Numbered from the stretch's first letter, positions 36,995 through 46,721 are shown. The stretch: 64,000 nt of DNA from an uncultured Chloroflexia bacterium (GCA_963757765.1 CAVWSL010000015.1:2360560-2424559); one strand, 5' to 3'. Notes: generated by a model not told the origin, from the sequence alone. Numbers and translations are program-made.

Positions 36995-37127
36995 TGCCGG
37001 CGTGCGGCGGTCAATCAGCCATTCCGCCACATGCCACCGGAGGTCCGCGTGGCACCCGGGGAACGGTCCATCCGGCACTGCCTCGCCAACAGCCCGGTGC
37101 GGTCCAATGGGCCGAAGGAGGTGACGA

Positions 37128-37652
37128 ATGCGTGTGCTGGTCACGGCCGCATCGCGGCATGGAGCTACGACCGAGGTGGCCCGAGCCATCGCCGAGGTCT
37201 TGACGGGCGCGGGTCTGGAGACATCGGTGCATCGGCCCGAGGATGTCGACAGTGTCGATGCCTATGACGTGGTCATCGTGGGCAGCGCGGTCTACATGGG
37301 CCGCTGGCTCTCGTCAGCCAGGGAGTTCGTGGAGCGGAACGGCGACGCCTTGCGCGCCCGCTCCGTGTGGATCTTCTCGACGGGTCCGGTCGGCGACACC
37401 ATGCCGACCAATGAGCCCGGCGACATCGCCACGATGCTGAACCTCACCGGCGCCCGGGATCACCGGATGTTCGGCGGTCGACTCTACAAGGGCCACCTCG
37501 GCCTGGGGGAGAAGACGGTCGTTCGACTGGTCGGCGCCCCGGATGGCGACTACCGGCCCTGGGACGAGATCGAGGCCTGGGCCTCGATGATCGCCCGGGC
37601 ACTGGCGGCGCCAGTCGCCCAGCCGCAGTCGACGACGACCGCCGCAGTCTGA
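37128..37652 (+). CDS. flavodoxin-like fold protein
   Basis: MRVLVTAASRHGATTEVARAIAEVL...YDVVIVGSAVYMGRW is the flavodoxin_4 / flavodoxin-like family pattern. Confidence 0.7.
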   Translation: MRVLVTAASRHGATTEVARAIAEVLTGAGLETSVHRPEDVDSVDAYDVVIVGSAVYMGRWLSSAREFVERNGDALRARSVWIFSTGPVGDTMPTNEPGDIATMLNLTGARDHRMFGGRLYKGHLGLGEKTVVRLVGAPDGDYRPWDEIEAWASMIARALAAPVAQPQSTTTAAV

Positions 37653-37676
37653 GCACCGGGCCGCTGGCGCCGGCTG

Positions 37677-38480
37677 TCACGGGCTGCCGGGCGAGTACAC
37701 CAGGCGCGCCGAGCTGCTCGAGGCAACGAGCTTGAGCTTCGCCGTCGTGGCGCTGAAGCTGCCGGTCTGCTGGAGCGCCGTGAGGTAGGCCGACTCCTCG
37801 GCCATCACCGCCTCCGCACATGCCTTGCCGGTCACGATCAGGGTGCCGAACGTGATGGCACCCCCCGAGCCGAGCGTGTACGGACCGGAATAGGTGTTGC
37901 AGCCGGAGCTGCCGCTGATGTCTGTCGCCGAGAAGCTGGCCGTGATGGTGACACCGTCGGCCACCGGGATCGTGGTCGAGTCCTGGTCCACGAAGGACTT
38001 GAGGGTCCAGGATGTCCCCGGCAGGGCGACCGGCGCCGGTGTCGGCTTGGCCGTCGGGGTCGGGGTCGGCTTCGCGGTCGGTGTGGCGGTGGGCTTGGCC
38101 GTCGGCTTGGGGGTGGGCTTGGGGGATGGGGAAGGTGTCGGAGCCGGGCCACGCGAGACGAGATAGTCGACCGCCGTGCCCCGCGCGACGACGACGCCGG
38201 CCTTGGGATCGGTGCTCAGGACGGTGCCCTTGGGCGCGTTCGCGTCGTAGCGATTGGTCTTGGCACCGGCCGTGAGTCCGGTCGCGCCGAAGGTCACGAG
38301 CGCCTCCTGCTCGGTGTCGCCCCGCACGTCAGGCACCGTGACCGTCGCCGGCGTGGGTGCGGCGGTCGCAGTGGGCGACGCAGTGGGCGACGCGGTCGGG
38401 GCCGGTGCTCCGCTGTTGCCGCACGCTGCCAGCGCGAGCGCCCCGGTCAGGCCGGCCGCGAGCAGGATCGAACGCCGCAC
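37677..38480 (-). CDS. lipoprotein with PASTA domain and C-terminal META/HslJ-like (DUF306) domain
   Basis: GTG start with SD GGAAGGAG. The lipobox signal is MRRSILLAAGLTGALALAACG. The PASTA-like block is VTVPDVRGDTEQEALVTFGATGL...VDYLVS. The PT-rich linker is encoded by tandem repeats. The META-like C-terminus is WTLKSF...GCNTYSGPYTL...GKACAE. Confidence 0.65.
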   Translation of the reverse strand: MRRSILLAAGLTGALALAACGNSGAPAPTASPTASPTATAAPTPATVTVPDVRGDTEQEALVTFGATGLTAGAKTNRYDANAPKGTVLSTDPKAGVVVARGTAVDYLVSRGPAPTPSPSPKPTPKPTAKPTATPTAKPTPTPTAKPTPAPVALPGTSWTLKSFVDQDSTTIPVADGVTITASFSATDISGSSGCNTYSGPYTLGSGGAITFGTLIVTGKACAEAVMAEESAYLTALQQTGSFSATTAKLKLVASSSSARLVYSPGSP

Positions 38481-38532
38481 GGGATGCTCCTTCCAAGGTG
38501 GACATCGGTTCGGGCCCAGCATGTCATAGCCA

Positions 38533-40257
38533 TCACACCCGCCGCACGTAGGGCACGTATGCCGGCCACCACATCGCGGCCTGGACCGAGGCTTCGGCAT
38601 CGAAGCCTTCGGTATCCCGTCGCGCCGCGCCCGCGAGGCCCGTGGCCCCCGATTCGGCCGCGACCGCCACCGCGATCCGTCGTGAGATGGCCCGCAGGTC
38701 GGCGACATCGGGATAGAGGCCACCGGCGGCGAGACGCTCTGCGCTCACTCCGTTCGCCAGCTCCCGGGCGGCGAGCAGGAACATCCGGTCAGTGACACTG
38801 CGAGACTCAGCCACGATAGCGCCCATGCCCAGGCCCGGGAAGATGAACACGTTGTTGGCCTGGCCGATGAGATGACGACGACCCGCATGCTCCACGGCCT
38901 CGAAGGGTGAGCCCGTGGCCACCATCGCTCGACCGTCCGTCCAGGCGATGAGGTCGGCCGGATGAGCCTCCGAAACCGTGGTGGGATTGGACAGCGGCAG
39001 GATGATCGGCCGTTCGTCGGGCGCGAGGCCGTCCACCATCGCGCGGACCATCGCCTCGTCGAACGTGCCCGCGACACCGGTCGCCCCGACGAGCACCGTC
39101 GGGCGACGTGCATGGATCACGCGCACCGGGTCGCGGCCGGCCACACCCGCGACAGCCGGCACCGCGAATGCCCGCTTCTCCGGGTCAAGGTCGACCCGTC
39201 CCTCGTGGACCAATCCATGGGTATCGACGAGGGCGATGTGCTCGTGCATCTCCGCGTCGCGCACGCCCGCGGCACCAAGCGCGACTCGCAGCAACCGAGC
39301 GATGCCGATGCCCGCGGCGCCGGCGCCCACGATGACCACGCGCACCCGCTGCAGCGGCCGCTCGGCGGCACGCAACCCGGCGAGCACGCCTCCGAGCACG
39401 ACCGCGGCCGTCCCCTGGATGTCGTCGTTGAAGGACGGCAGGCGCTCCCGGTAGCGGTCGAGGAGTCGGAGCGCATTGTGCTGCTTGAAGTCCTCGAACT
39501 GCACGAGACAGCCGGGCCAGACCTCTTCCACGCCGGTGATGAACGCCTCTACCAGCTGGTCGTATGCCTGGCCGCGAAGACGCGGCTGCCGGTATCCCAG
39601 GTACAAGGGATCGGCCAGCAATGCCGGGTTGTCGGTGCCGACATCGAGCGACACCGGCAGGGTCAGGCTGGGGTGGATGCCGCAGGCAGCCGTGTAGAGG
39701 GCGAGCTTCCCGATGGGGATGGCCATACCGCCGGCGCCCTGATCGCCAAGCCCCAGGATGCGCTCGTTGTCGGTGACCACGATGAGCCGGACGTCCGGGA
39801 ACGGTCCCTGCCGCAGCACGCGCGGGATGCGCCCGACGTCGTCGGGGGTGATCCAGGTGCCCCGGGTCCGCCGGATGATGTGGCTGTACTCCTGGCAGGC
39901 ACGCCCGACCGTGGGCGTGTAGACGATGGGCAGGAACTCGGCGAGGTGTTCCGCCAGCAGCCGGTAGAAGAGCGTGGCGTTGCGGTCCTGGAGTGCCGCG
40001 AGGCCGATGTAGCGCTCGAGCGGATCATCCTTGACCCGCAGGTGCTCCAACTCCAGCTCCAGCTGTTCGTCGATGGTGAGCACCCGGCCCGGGAGCAGAC
40101 CGATCAGGTCGAAGGTCTCGCGCTCATCCACCGGGAAGGCGAGATCCTTGGTCAGCAATCGATTGCCGAGCAATGCGGAACCAGCGATATCGATGGTCGC
40201 TGTGCGCCCGGCGGCGATGTCCTCGAAGGGGGCAGGCAGGGGACGCATGCGGGCCAT
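38533..40257 (-). CDS. NAD(P)-dependent malic enzyme
   Basis: IVYTPTVGRACQEYSHI, FNDDIQGTAAVVLGGVLAG and VIVGAGAAGIGIA are conserved malic-enzyme motifs. The start is taken at MARMRPLP (40257). Confidence 0.85.
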   Translation of the reverse strand: MARMRPLPAPFEDIAAGRTATIDIAGSALLGNRLLTKDLAFPVDERETFDLIGLLPGRVLTIDEQLELELEHLRVKDDPLERYIGLAALQDRNATLFYRLLAEHLAEFLPIVYTPTVGRACQEYSHIIRRTRGTWITPDDVGRIPRVLRQGPFPDVRLIVVTDNERILGLGDQGAGGMAIPIGKLALYTAACGIHPSLTLPVSLDVGTDNPALLADPLYLGYRQPRLRGQAYDQLVEAFITGVEEVWPGCLVQFEDFKQHNALRLLDRYRERLPSFNDDIQGTAAVVLGGVLAGLRAAERPLQRVRVVIVGAGAAGIGIARLLRVALGAAGVRDAEMHEHIALVDTHGLVHEGRVDLDPEKRAFAVPAVAGVAGRDPVRVIHARRPTVLVGATGVAGTFDEAMVRAMVDGLAPDERPIILPLSNPTTVSEAHPADLIAWTDGRAMVATGSPFEAVEHAGRRHLIGQANNVFIFPGLGMGAIVAESRSVTDRMFLLAARELANGVSAERLAAGGLYPDVADLRAISRRIAVAVAAESGATGLAGAARRDTEGFDAEASVQAAMWWPAYVPYVRRV

Positions 40258-40277
40258 ACCGGAGAACGGTAGTCGCT

Positions 40278-40718
40278 CTAGGGGTGGGTCGCCGCGGGCT
40301 CCCGCTCGCTCCGGCGGGCGGCGAGCTGCGCGATGGTCGATTCCCCAAGCTCCGCCAGCAACGCATCCTGGGCCGCCGCGAACACTGCGTGCACATCGCA
40401 CTCGCCGTCACGGAGGCAGGGCGAGCTGTTGAAGACGCACAGCCGCCGACGCGGGTCGCCCTCCGCCGCCTCGACCACCTCGAGCAGGCTGATCGACGTC
40501 GGGTCACGGGCGAGCCGATAGCCGCCCGAACGGCCGACCTTGGTTTCGGCGATCCCGGCGCGCACGATGTCGGTCATCACCTGGGCCACGAAGCGGGGTG
40601 GGATGCCGGTCAGCGCCGCCAGGCGCGGCGCGGGGATGACCTCCTCGCCGTAGGACCGGCCGAGCACGAGCACGGCCCGGATCGCGTAGTCACCCCTGCG
40701 GGTCAGTTCCAGTCGCAT
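40278..40718 (-). CDS. Rrf2-family transcriptional regulator (IscR/NsrR-like, three Cys)
   Basis: MRLELTRRGDYAIRAVLVL is the Rrf2 N-terminal HTH. The cysteines are in CVFNSSPCLRDGEC. Confidence 0.8.
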   Translation of the reverse strand: MRLELTRRGDYAIRAVLVLGRSYGEEVIPAPRLAALTGIPPRFVAQVMTDIVRAGIAETKVGRSGGYRLARDPTSISLLEVVEAAEGDPRRRLCVFNSSPCLRDGECDVHAVFAAAQDALLAELGESTIAQLAARRSEREPAATHP

Positions 40719-40822
40719 ATCCCGCACATCTTCCCATCGTGCTGCGTATGTGCCATGTGCCGACCGGGCCGGAACACGACGTCCCGGTCAGACAGGCCGG
40801 ATGGCACTGTCGACGTCCCGGC

Positions 40823-40856
40823 TAAATGATATGTTACTAACTATATATTCATTGAG
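40823..40856. promoter_or_regulatory. AT-rich imperfect palindrome in the divergent Rrf2 / small-lipoprotein intergenic region
   Basis: TAAATGATATGTTACTAACTATATATTCATTGA is a 34-nt island of about 80% AT in a 70%-GC genome. The inverted arms are AATGATAT and ATATTCATT. Confidence 0.4.
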
Positions 40857-40903
40857 CCGGTGGTCGACGGGCCTGTTCGTCCCTACCCGGCAAGGAGTCC
40901 CCG

Positions 40904-41044
40904 ATGCAGCGCAACGTCATGGTGGTAACGGGCCTCGTGCTCGTGCTGGGTGCGTCCGCGGGGTGTGCCAGCGGCCGAACCACGTCGAGCCATGGAGCGG
41001 TCGCGGTCGCACAGCCCAGCGAGCCGGCGGCCCCCGCGTCATGA
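40904..41044 (+). CDS. small putative lipoprotein / secreted peptide (46 aa)
   Basis: Strong SD AAGGAG 6 nt before the ATG. The peptide is MQRNVMVVTGLVLVLGASAGCASGRTT..., a signal peptide with a lipobox-like ASAGC. It is absent from the ORF track because of its length. Confidence 0.45.
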   Translation: MQRNVMVVTGLVLVLGASAGCASGRTTSSHGAVAVAQPSEPAAPAS

Positions 41045-41350
41045 GCCCGGCAACGACGGCCGTCCCTCCGGCGGCCCACCGGCGTCAGACGGTGCCGCCA
41101 CCCGATGTCATCGAGGTCCATACGTTTGACTTTGAGATACTGGCCGGTCACCGCCAGCGTGCCGGTGACCGCCAGCTACACCGTGCGAGCTCGTCAAGAT
41201 CAGGTCGAGGCGCCCTCGGCTTGCTGGAGGCCGGGACGGCGATCTGATCGACGGACGACGTCTGCCGCGTTCCTGGGAGCCGCGCTCGCCCAGCTGCTGC
41301 CTCACATCTGCCGAGTCCCGGACTCGGCCCGTCGACCCGGGGCCTACTGG

Positions 41351-41914
41351 TCAGCTCGGGGTGCCCTTGGAGCGAGTCGCCCCCGACGACTTGCGGCTAC
41401 TGCTCGCAGGCCCGATGCCCGCGCGACGCCCGAGGAGCGTGCCACCCATCGCGAACACGGGCACGAGTGCCAGGATGGACAGCGGCCGCGGCACCCGGGC
41501 GAGCATCAGGCCGAGCGCCAGGCCGGTCGAGAAGATCGTGCCCATCATGAGGTTCTCGGACGACGCGCCCTGGACTTCGCGCGCTGCGATACCAGCGCCC
41601 GCCCGGGATGCATCGATGAACGCGGGCGCCTTCTTGCTCACGGTCGAGGCGACGTCGCCCGCGACGTCAGTGAGGACCTCACCCGCTCGCTGCGCAGCGA
41701 CTCCTGCTCGCTGCGCGGCACCCCCGGCCCGATCCACGGCCTCACCGGCTGTCGTGGCGACCTGATCATCGGGGACGGCTTCCTGCACGGCCTCCGTCAC
41801 ATCGGCGGCCGTGGCCTGTGCCGCGACGCCGTTGCGCTTCGCCTTCTTCGCGTCCGCGGTCTCGGCCCGGGTCTCCTCGGTGTCACTGGTGGGTGTGCTG
41901 TCGGCGTCGCTCAT
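41351..41914 (-). CDS. hypothetical membrane-anchored protein (acidic/Ala-rich N-terminus, two C-terminal TM helices)
   Basis: MSDADSTPTSDTEETRAE..., then the hydrophobic segments IFSTGLALGLMLA and ILALVPVFAMGGTLLG. No family was recognised. Confidence 0.5.
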   Translation of the reverse strand: MSDADSTPTSDTEETRAETADAKKAKRNGVAAQATAADVTEAVQEAVPDDQVATTAGEAVDRAGGAAQRAGVAAQRAGEVLTDVAGDVASTVSKKAPAFIDASRAGAGIAAREVQGASSENLMMGTIFSTGLALGLMLARVPRPLSILALVPVFAMGGTLLGRRAGIGPASSSRKSSGATRSKGTPS

Positions 41915-41955
41915 GGCTGTGACTCCTTCGTGCATATGACCTTCGATCGGCGGCG

Positions 41956-43002
41956 TCAGCTGAGGGCCCGGCGGTAGACGTCCAGGTATCCCTCGGCCAT
42001 CCGGGTCGCGGAGAACCGCTCCAGGACCGATGATCTGATCGATGCCCGATCCAGGTGCCCCACATCGGCGACGTGGAACGCCATCTGCTGTGGATCGTCC
42101 CCGAAGTATCCATCCAACCCGTCCCGGACGATCTCCGGCAGGGCCCCCACTCGTCGCGCGACGACCGGCGTGCCGCAGGCGAGCGACTCGATGGCCACGA
42201 GCCCGAACGGCTCCGGCCAGTTCCCGGGCATGAGGGTCGCGTAGCTGGTGGCGTAGAGATGGTCGCGCTCCGTCGACGACAGCTCGCCGAGATGCTCGGC
42301 GTCGGACGCTGCGATGGCAGGTTTGACGACGCGCTCGAAGTACTCGACCTCCGCCGGCTGCGTACCCACCTTCGCCGCGATGCGCAGGTGTCGGCCCGAC
42401 AATCGTGCGACCTCGAGCGCTTCCACGATGCCCTTCTCGGGCATCAGTCGACCCACGAAGCAGAGGTCCTCCGACCGGTCGTTCTCGAACGGGGCGTCAC
42501 GCAGGTCGAGACCGTTGTGAACGATCGCCGCCCATCGGGCCGTTGGATGGATGGAGGCCTGATCGGCGCTGATGGCCACGTGATGACAACGCGAGGCTGC
42601 CAGCAGTCCTCGGGAGCCAGACACGTCCATGCGACCGTGGAACGTGGCGACCACCGGTCGTGGTGACACATGACCGAGGATCAGCCCTGCCCAGTCGATG
42701 TGGCTGTGGACGATGTCCAGGCCCTCGAGCCCATCGATCGTGGTCATCACCGTGGTCGTCAACCAGGGGATGGCGTGGATGCCCGCGGCCCCCGTGTCCC
42801 GCACCGGTGACGGGACCGTGGGCACGAGGCGACCGGGCACCTTCGAATCGCCGCTCGCGAAGACCGTGACCGCATGGCCCATCCGGTCGAGCTCGACAGC
42901 CAGCGCGTGGACGATGCGCTCCGTGCCGCCGTAGGCGACCGGTGGCACCCGCTCGAAGGGGGGCGCCACCAGGCCGATCCGGAGGGGGGCATCCACCGTC
43001 AC
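41956..43002 (-). CDS. GT4-family glycosyltransferase
   Basis: RIGLVAPPFERVPPVAYGGTERIVHALAVEL... and the C-terminal EPFGLVAIESLACGTPVV form the GT-B / GT4 signature. Confidence 0.8.
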   Translation of the reverse strand: MTVDAPLRIGLVAPPFERVPPVAYGGTERIVHALAVELDRMGHAVTVFASGDSKVPGRLVPTVPSPVRDTGAAGIHAIPWLTTTVMTTIDGLEGLDIVHSHIDWAGLILGHVSPRPVVATFHGRMDVSGSRGLLAASRCHHVAISADQASIHPTARWAAIVHNGLDLRDAPFENDRSEDLCFVGRLMPEKGIVEALEVARLSGRHLRIAAKVGTQPAEVEYFERVVKPAIAASDAEHLGELSSTERDHLYATSYATLMPGNWPEPFGLVAIESLACGTPVVARRVGALPEIVRDGLDGYFGDDPQQMAFHVADVGHLDRASIRSSVLERFSATRMAEGYLDVYRRALS

Positions 43003-43052
43003 GTCACCTGCGCACGGATGCCCATCCGGCGGTGGGCGCCATGGGTCGCCGC

Positions 43053-44100
43053 TCAGTCCGCCGAGCGCAGGATGACGACACGGCGCATCGGCTCATCGCC
43101 GATGGACTGGGTCGAGACACCCGACACATCGCGCAGTGCGAGATGGATCCAGCGGCGCTCGAGTGCCGGCATGGGCTCCAACTGGAGCATCGTGCCGCTC
43201 TCGAGGACCTTGTCCGCGGCCCGACGCGCGATCTCGCCCAGCTGCCGCTCGCGACGGCCGCGATAGTCCTCGACATCCACCAGGACTCGGGTCCAGGCAC
43301 CCATCCGACGCGACAGCATCAGGTTGACCAGGTGCTGGAGCGCCGAGAGCCGCTCGCCCTTGCGGCCGATGAGGGCACCAAGGGCCTCGCGCTCCTCATC
43401 GTCAACGCCACTGACATCGATCTTCGAGGTATCTCCGGTACCGATGGAAACGGTCGCCCGGTAGCCCATGAGGCCAACGAGCTGCTCCACGATGTCCTTG
43501 CCAGCGGCAAGTGCCTCGGGTGAGGCTTCCGCGGCCTGGATCTCCTCCCGCTCGGTGGTCAGGGATGCGCGGGCCGAGGCGACCTCCGCGGCCTCACGCT
43601 GGGACAGGCCTGAGCCCTTGCGTTCGTCACGAGGCCCACGGTCGCGCGACCCAGCGCCATCCCGACCACGGCGGTCGTCGCGTGGCGGCCGATCAGGGCG
43701 GGGACCACGGAGCGGGACCGAGGTGTTCGAGCCGGCCTGCTGCACCGGAGCCTCGGCGGGGGCGGGCTCGCGGTTCGACTGCTGGCTGGGCGCTGGCTCG
43801 CGGGGCGCCTCGGTCCGGGGTGGTGGGGGAGCCGTGGGCGCGGGCACATCCTCAGGCGCTCGTGGCGCTGGCCCCGGTGTGGCCGCTGCGGTATCACGCC
43901 GCGCCGGGCCCGAGCCCAGGGCGGCGCGCGGCGCCGCGATGATCCGGGCTGGTTCAGCGCCCATGCCCAGCACGCCTCGGCTGCCGGGGGTCAGGATCTC
44001 GAAGTCAAGATCGATCGAGGCCGCTGACCCCGAAAGACTCCCGGGCGGCTTTGATGGCCTCTTCGACCGTTCGGCCAGTGAATTCCTGGTACTCGCTCAT
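43053..44100 (-). CDS. jag: Jag/KhpB RNA-binding protein (Jag_N, KH, R3H); apparent 1-nt frameshift near 44022
   Basis: The ATG (44100-44098) overlaps the yidC stop (ATGA). It encodes the Jag_N start [26 protein letters not shown] and hits a stop after 31 codons. The conserved continuation IDLDFEILTPGSRGVLGMGAEPARI..., followed by KH and R3H (RKGERLSALQHLVN), is in the +1 frame, which is open to 43053. Confidence 0.7.
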
Positions 44101-45590
44101 CGGCGTCTCCCTCGCCGGCTGCTGCGTCCCTTCGCCGGCCTGATGGTACCTGCCGCGCTGTCTGTCGCCGAGCGCTTGGGGGCGGCTGCGCCCCCTGGTG
44201 CGGTCGGGTCAGGCGGTCGCGGGGTGGGTGGGGCTACAGGGAATCGCGGCGTGTGGTTGCGCGCGAACCCGGGTGTCCAGCCGAAGAGCGGGAACAACCC
44301 GCCCCAGCCATTGATGAGGTACTGCTGGACGATCGAGAAGATGGTGGTGGTGATCCAGTAGATGAACAGGCCTGCCGGCAGGAACGAGCCATACACCAGG
44401 GAGAACAGCGGCAGGATCAGGAACACCCGTTGCTGCGTCCGTTGCTGCGGATCGTCGCTCGGCGTCGACATCATGCGCGTCTGGACCAACTGGAGGAGAG
44501 CCGACACGAGGGCCAGCAGCGACAGCCCGAGCACGACCTGGATGAAGATCTCGGGCAGGTTGGAGGGCAGGCCACCAGGATAGAACTGGAGGCTGCCGTC
44601 CTTGATCTGGGGGATCCAGGCGAGCCACCAGACATTGGGGTTGATGCACGGCGCGTACGCATTCGTCGGGTCGTAGCAGGTGACATTGATGACCGGGTTG
44701 CCCAGGACCTGGAGCATCGAACTGATGTTCGGAGCGTTGAGCCCCTGACTGAAGACCTGGTACATGGGCATCAGCAGCAGCAGTTGGAGCACCGCGGGCA
44801 GACAGCCCGAGGCAGGATTGACGCCCCGATCGCGGTACAGCTTCATCTGCTCTTCCGAGATCTTCGCCCGGTTGCCCTTGTACTTGACCTGGATGGCCTT
44901 GAGCTCCGGCTGGAGCATCTGCATCCGGCGTTGGGAGACGATCTGCTTGCGGAACAGCGGGATGAGCAGGACCCGGATGATGAGCGTCAGGAGCACGATG
45001 GCCGTGCCGATGTCGCCGGTCAGGTTGTAGAGGATGGCGAGGCCCATGAACAGGACCTGGAACACCGGGGTGAAGGCCCAGGCCAGGAGTGCGATGGGGT
45101 TCGCGCCACTCGGCTGCGCGGGGCACAGGTTCGGATGCGGGGTCGGCGCAGGCGTGGGGGTCGGCGTGGGGGTCTGCCCGGGCGCCAGGCTCTGGAGGGC
45201 GGGCGTCGGTGTCGCCGGTGGTGTCGGCGTCGGCTCGGGACAAGGATCTGTGGCCGGGCTGGCGGCCGGCGCGACCGCGGCCGGGGAGGCTCCCGGGGCT
45301 CCTGGGCTCTGGCCCATGGTCGGCATGACCAGGACCGCGAGCGCGAACAGAGCGATGAACACGGCGCACAGCAGGTCCGTGGGCGCGAGCCGGAGTGGGC
45401 GAGGCAGGCGCCCGCTGCGAGACGGCAGGATGCTCAACGGACGGGGTCGTAGCCGCCGGGATGCCAGGGTCCGCAGCGGGCGATCCGCTTCGCGCCCATC
45501 CACGAGCCGCGGAGCAGCCCGTAGCGACCGATGGCCTGCTCCGTGTAGTGCGAGCAGCTCGGCTCGAACCGACAGGAGCGTGGCATCCAC
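44097..45590 (-). CDS. yidC: membrane protein insertase YidC (with Pro/Thr-rich N-terminal periplasmic linker)
   Basis: The YidC core runs [16 protein letters not shown]...[13 protein letters not shown]...[16 protein letters not shown]...[16 protein letters not shown]. The N-terminal start is uncertain. Confidence 0.8.
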   Translation of the reverse strand: MDATLLSVRAELLALHGAGHRSLRAAPRLVDGREADRPLRTLASRRLRPRPLSILPSRSGRLPRPLRLAPTDLLCAVFIALFALAVLVMPTMGQSPGAPGASPAAVAPAASPATDPCPEPTPTPPATPTPALQSLAPGQTPTPTPTPAPTPHPNLCPAQPSGANPIALLAWAFTPVFQVLFMGLAILYNLTGDIGTAIVLLTLIIRVLLIPLFRKQIVSQRRMQMLQPELKAIQVKYKGNRAKISEEQMKLYRDRGVNPASGCLPAVLQLLLLMPMYQVFSQGLNAPNISSMLQVLGNPVINVTCYDPTNAYAPCINPNVWWLAWIPQIKDGSLQFYPGGLPSNLPEIFIQVVLGLSLLALVSALLQLVQTRMMSTPSDDPQQRTQQRVFLILPLFSLVYGSFLPAGLFIYWITTTIFSIVQQYLINGWGGLFPLFGWTPGFARNHTPRFPVAPPTPRPPDPTAPGGAAAPKRSATDSAAGTIRPAKGRSSRRGRRR

Positions 45591-45640
45591 GCGAACAGGA
45601 TCCGATACAGGTGGATCATCCCGATGCCGACGCTCTTCAC
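45434..45640 (-). CDS. yidD: membrane protein insertion efficiency factor YidD
   Basis: [45 protein letters not shown] is the YidD signature. The start is probably the GTG at 45640 or the ATG at 45619. Confidence 0.65.
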   Translation of the reverse strand: MKSVGIGMIHLYRILFAWMPRSCRFEPSCSHYTEQAIGRYGLLRGSWMGAKRIARCGPWHPGGYDPVR

Positions 45641-45644
45641 GCCC

Positions 45645-45983
45645 TCATCTTCCTTCCTTCGTGCTCGAGCCGAGGAGGCGGCCGACCACCTCGCGAAGGT
45701 CGCCGAAGCCTGCGGTCGCACTCGCCGGCCGGCAAACCACCAGGACGTCCCAGCCGGTGCTGGCTGGTCGGGCCGAGTGCCGGATGATCTCCTTGATGCG
45801 GCGACGGACCCGGTTGCGCACGACGGCGCCACCCACCCGACGGCCCGTCGAGATGGCGAACCGATCACGACCCAGCTCGTTGCGGCGAACGCGGATCGAG
45901 AGCAGTGGATCGTTCCGACTGCGCCCATCGGCCTGGAGCGCAGCGAAGTCGCGCCGGGCGCGCAGCATCTCTGGTTCGCTCAT
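45645..45983 (-). CDS. rnpA: ribonuclease P protein component
   Basis: Basic protein with [10 protein letters not shown] (the RNR motif). It sits in the conserved rpmH-rnpA-yidD-yidC context. Confidence 0.8.
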   Translation of the reverse strand: MSEPEMLRARRDFAALQADGRSRNDPLLSIRVRRNELGRDRFAISTGRRVGGAVVRNRVRRRIKEIIRHSARPASTGWDVLVVCRPASATAGFGDLREVVGRLLGSSTKEGR

Positions 45984-46019
45984 GGACGGACACCCGCGTG
46001 CGTGTGGGCGCGGACGCGA

Positions 46020-46157
46020 TCAGGCGGACAGCTTCTTGCGGCCCCTGGCGCGCCGGCGGGCGAGCACTTGGCGGCCACCCTGCGTCTTCATCCGGGCGCG
46101 GAAGCCATGCTCCTTGGCGCGATGTCGCTTCTTGGGCTGATACGTCTGCTTCGTCAT
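46020..46157 (-). CDS. rpmH: 50S ribosomal protein L34
   Basis: [45 protein letters not shown] is a near-universal L34 sequence. Confidence 0.9.
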   Translation of the reverse strand: MTKQTYQPKKRHRAKEHGFRARMKTQGGRQVLARRRARGRKKLSA

Positions 46158-46355
46158 CGGTGGGCCTGATGGCTCCTGTGCGCGGGTCGATGGTCGGACG
46201 GAAGCGCGTGACTGGTCCGGTCGGAACGCGATGGGTCTGGATGCGCCCCGGACGCCGGACACGAGTCGATGCCACGCAACGAACGCGCGGCGCCTCCACG
46301 TCCGGCGGATGATATACCACCACACGGGTGTGTGCCCGATCGAGAGAGGAGTGCG

Positions 46356-46721
46356 GTGGCCGACCCCAGACCGTTCCTGTCACCGGGCAGCGCGACCCTG
46401 GAGGGCTTCCTGCGCCTGGACCTGCGCATCGGCCGGGTCGTGTCAGCAAGCGTCTTTCCCGAGGCGCGCAAGCCGGCGTACCAACTGGAGATCGATCTGG
46501 GACCGGGTGGCATCCGTCGCTCGTCAGCGCAGCTGGCAGGCACGTATCCGGATCCGGGTGCCCTGGTGGGTCGGTTGGTGGTCTGCGTCACGAACTTCCC
46601 GCCGCGCCGTATCGCGGGCTTCACGAGCGAGGTCCTGGTGCTTGGCGGATTGCCGGCCGATGGCCGGATCCCGCTCCTGAGTGTCGACCGGGGGGCCGTC
46701 CCGGGCGATCCTGTCGGCTGA
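46356..46721 (+). CDS. tRNA-binding domain protein (CsaA/Trbp111-like, EMAP-fold)
   Basis: [14 protein letters not shown]...AYQLEIDLG...[28 protein letters not shown] matches the tRNA_bind domain. The GTG start has SD GAGAGGAG 4 nt upstream. Confidence 0.65.
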   Translation: MADPRPFLSPGSATLEGFLRLDLRIGRVVSASVFPEARKPAYQLEIDLGPGGIRRSSAQLAGTYPDPGALVGRLVVCVTNFPPRRIAGFTSEVLVLGGLPADGRIPLLSVDRGAVPGDPVG

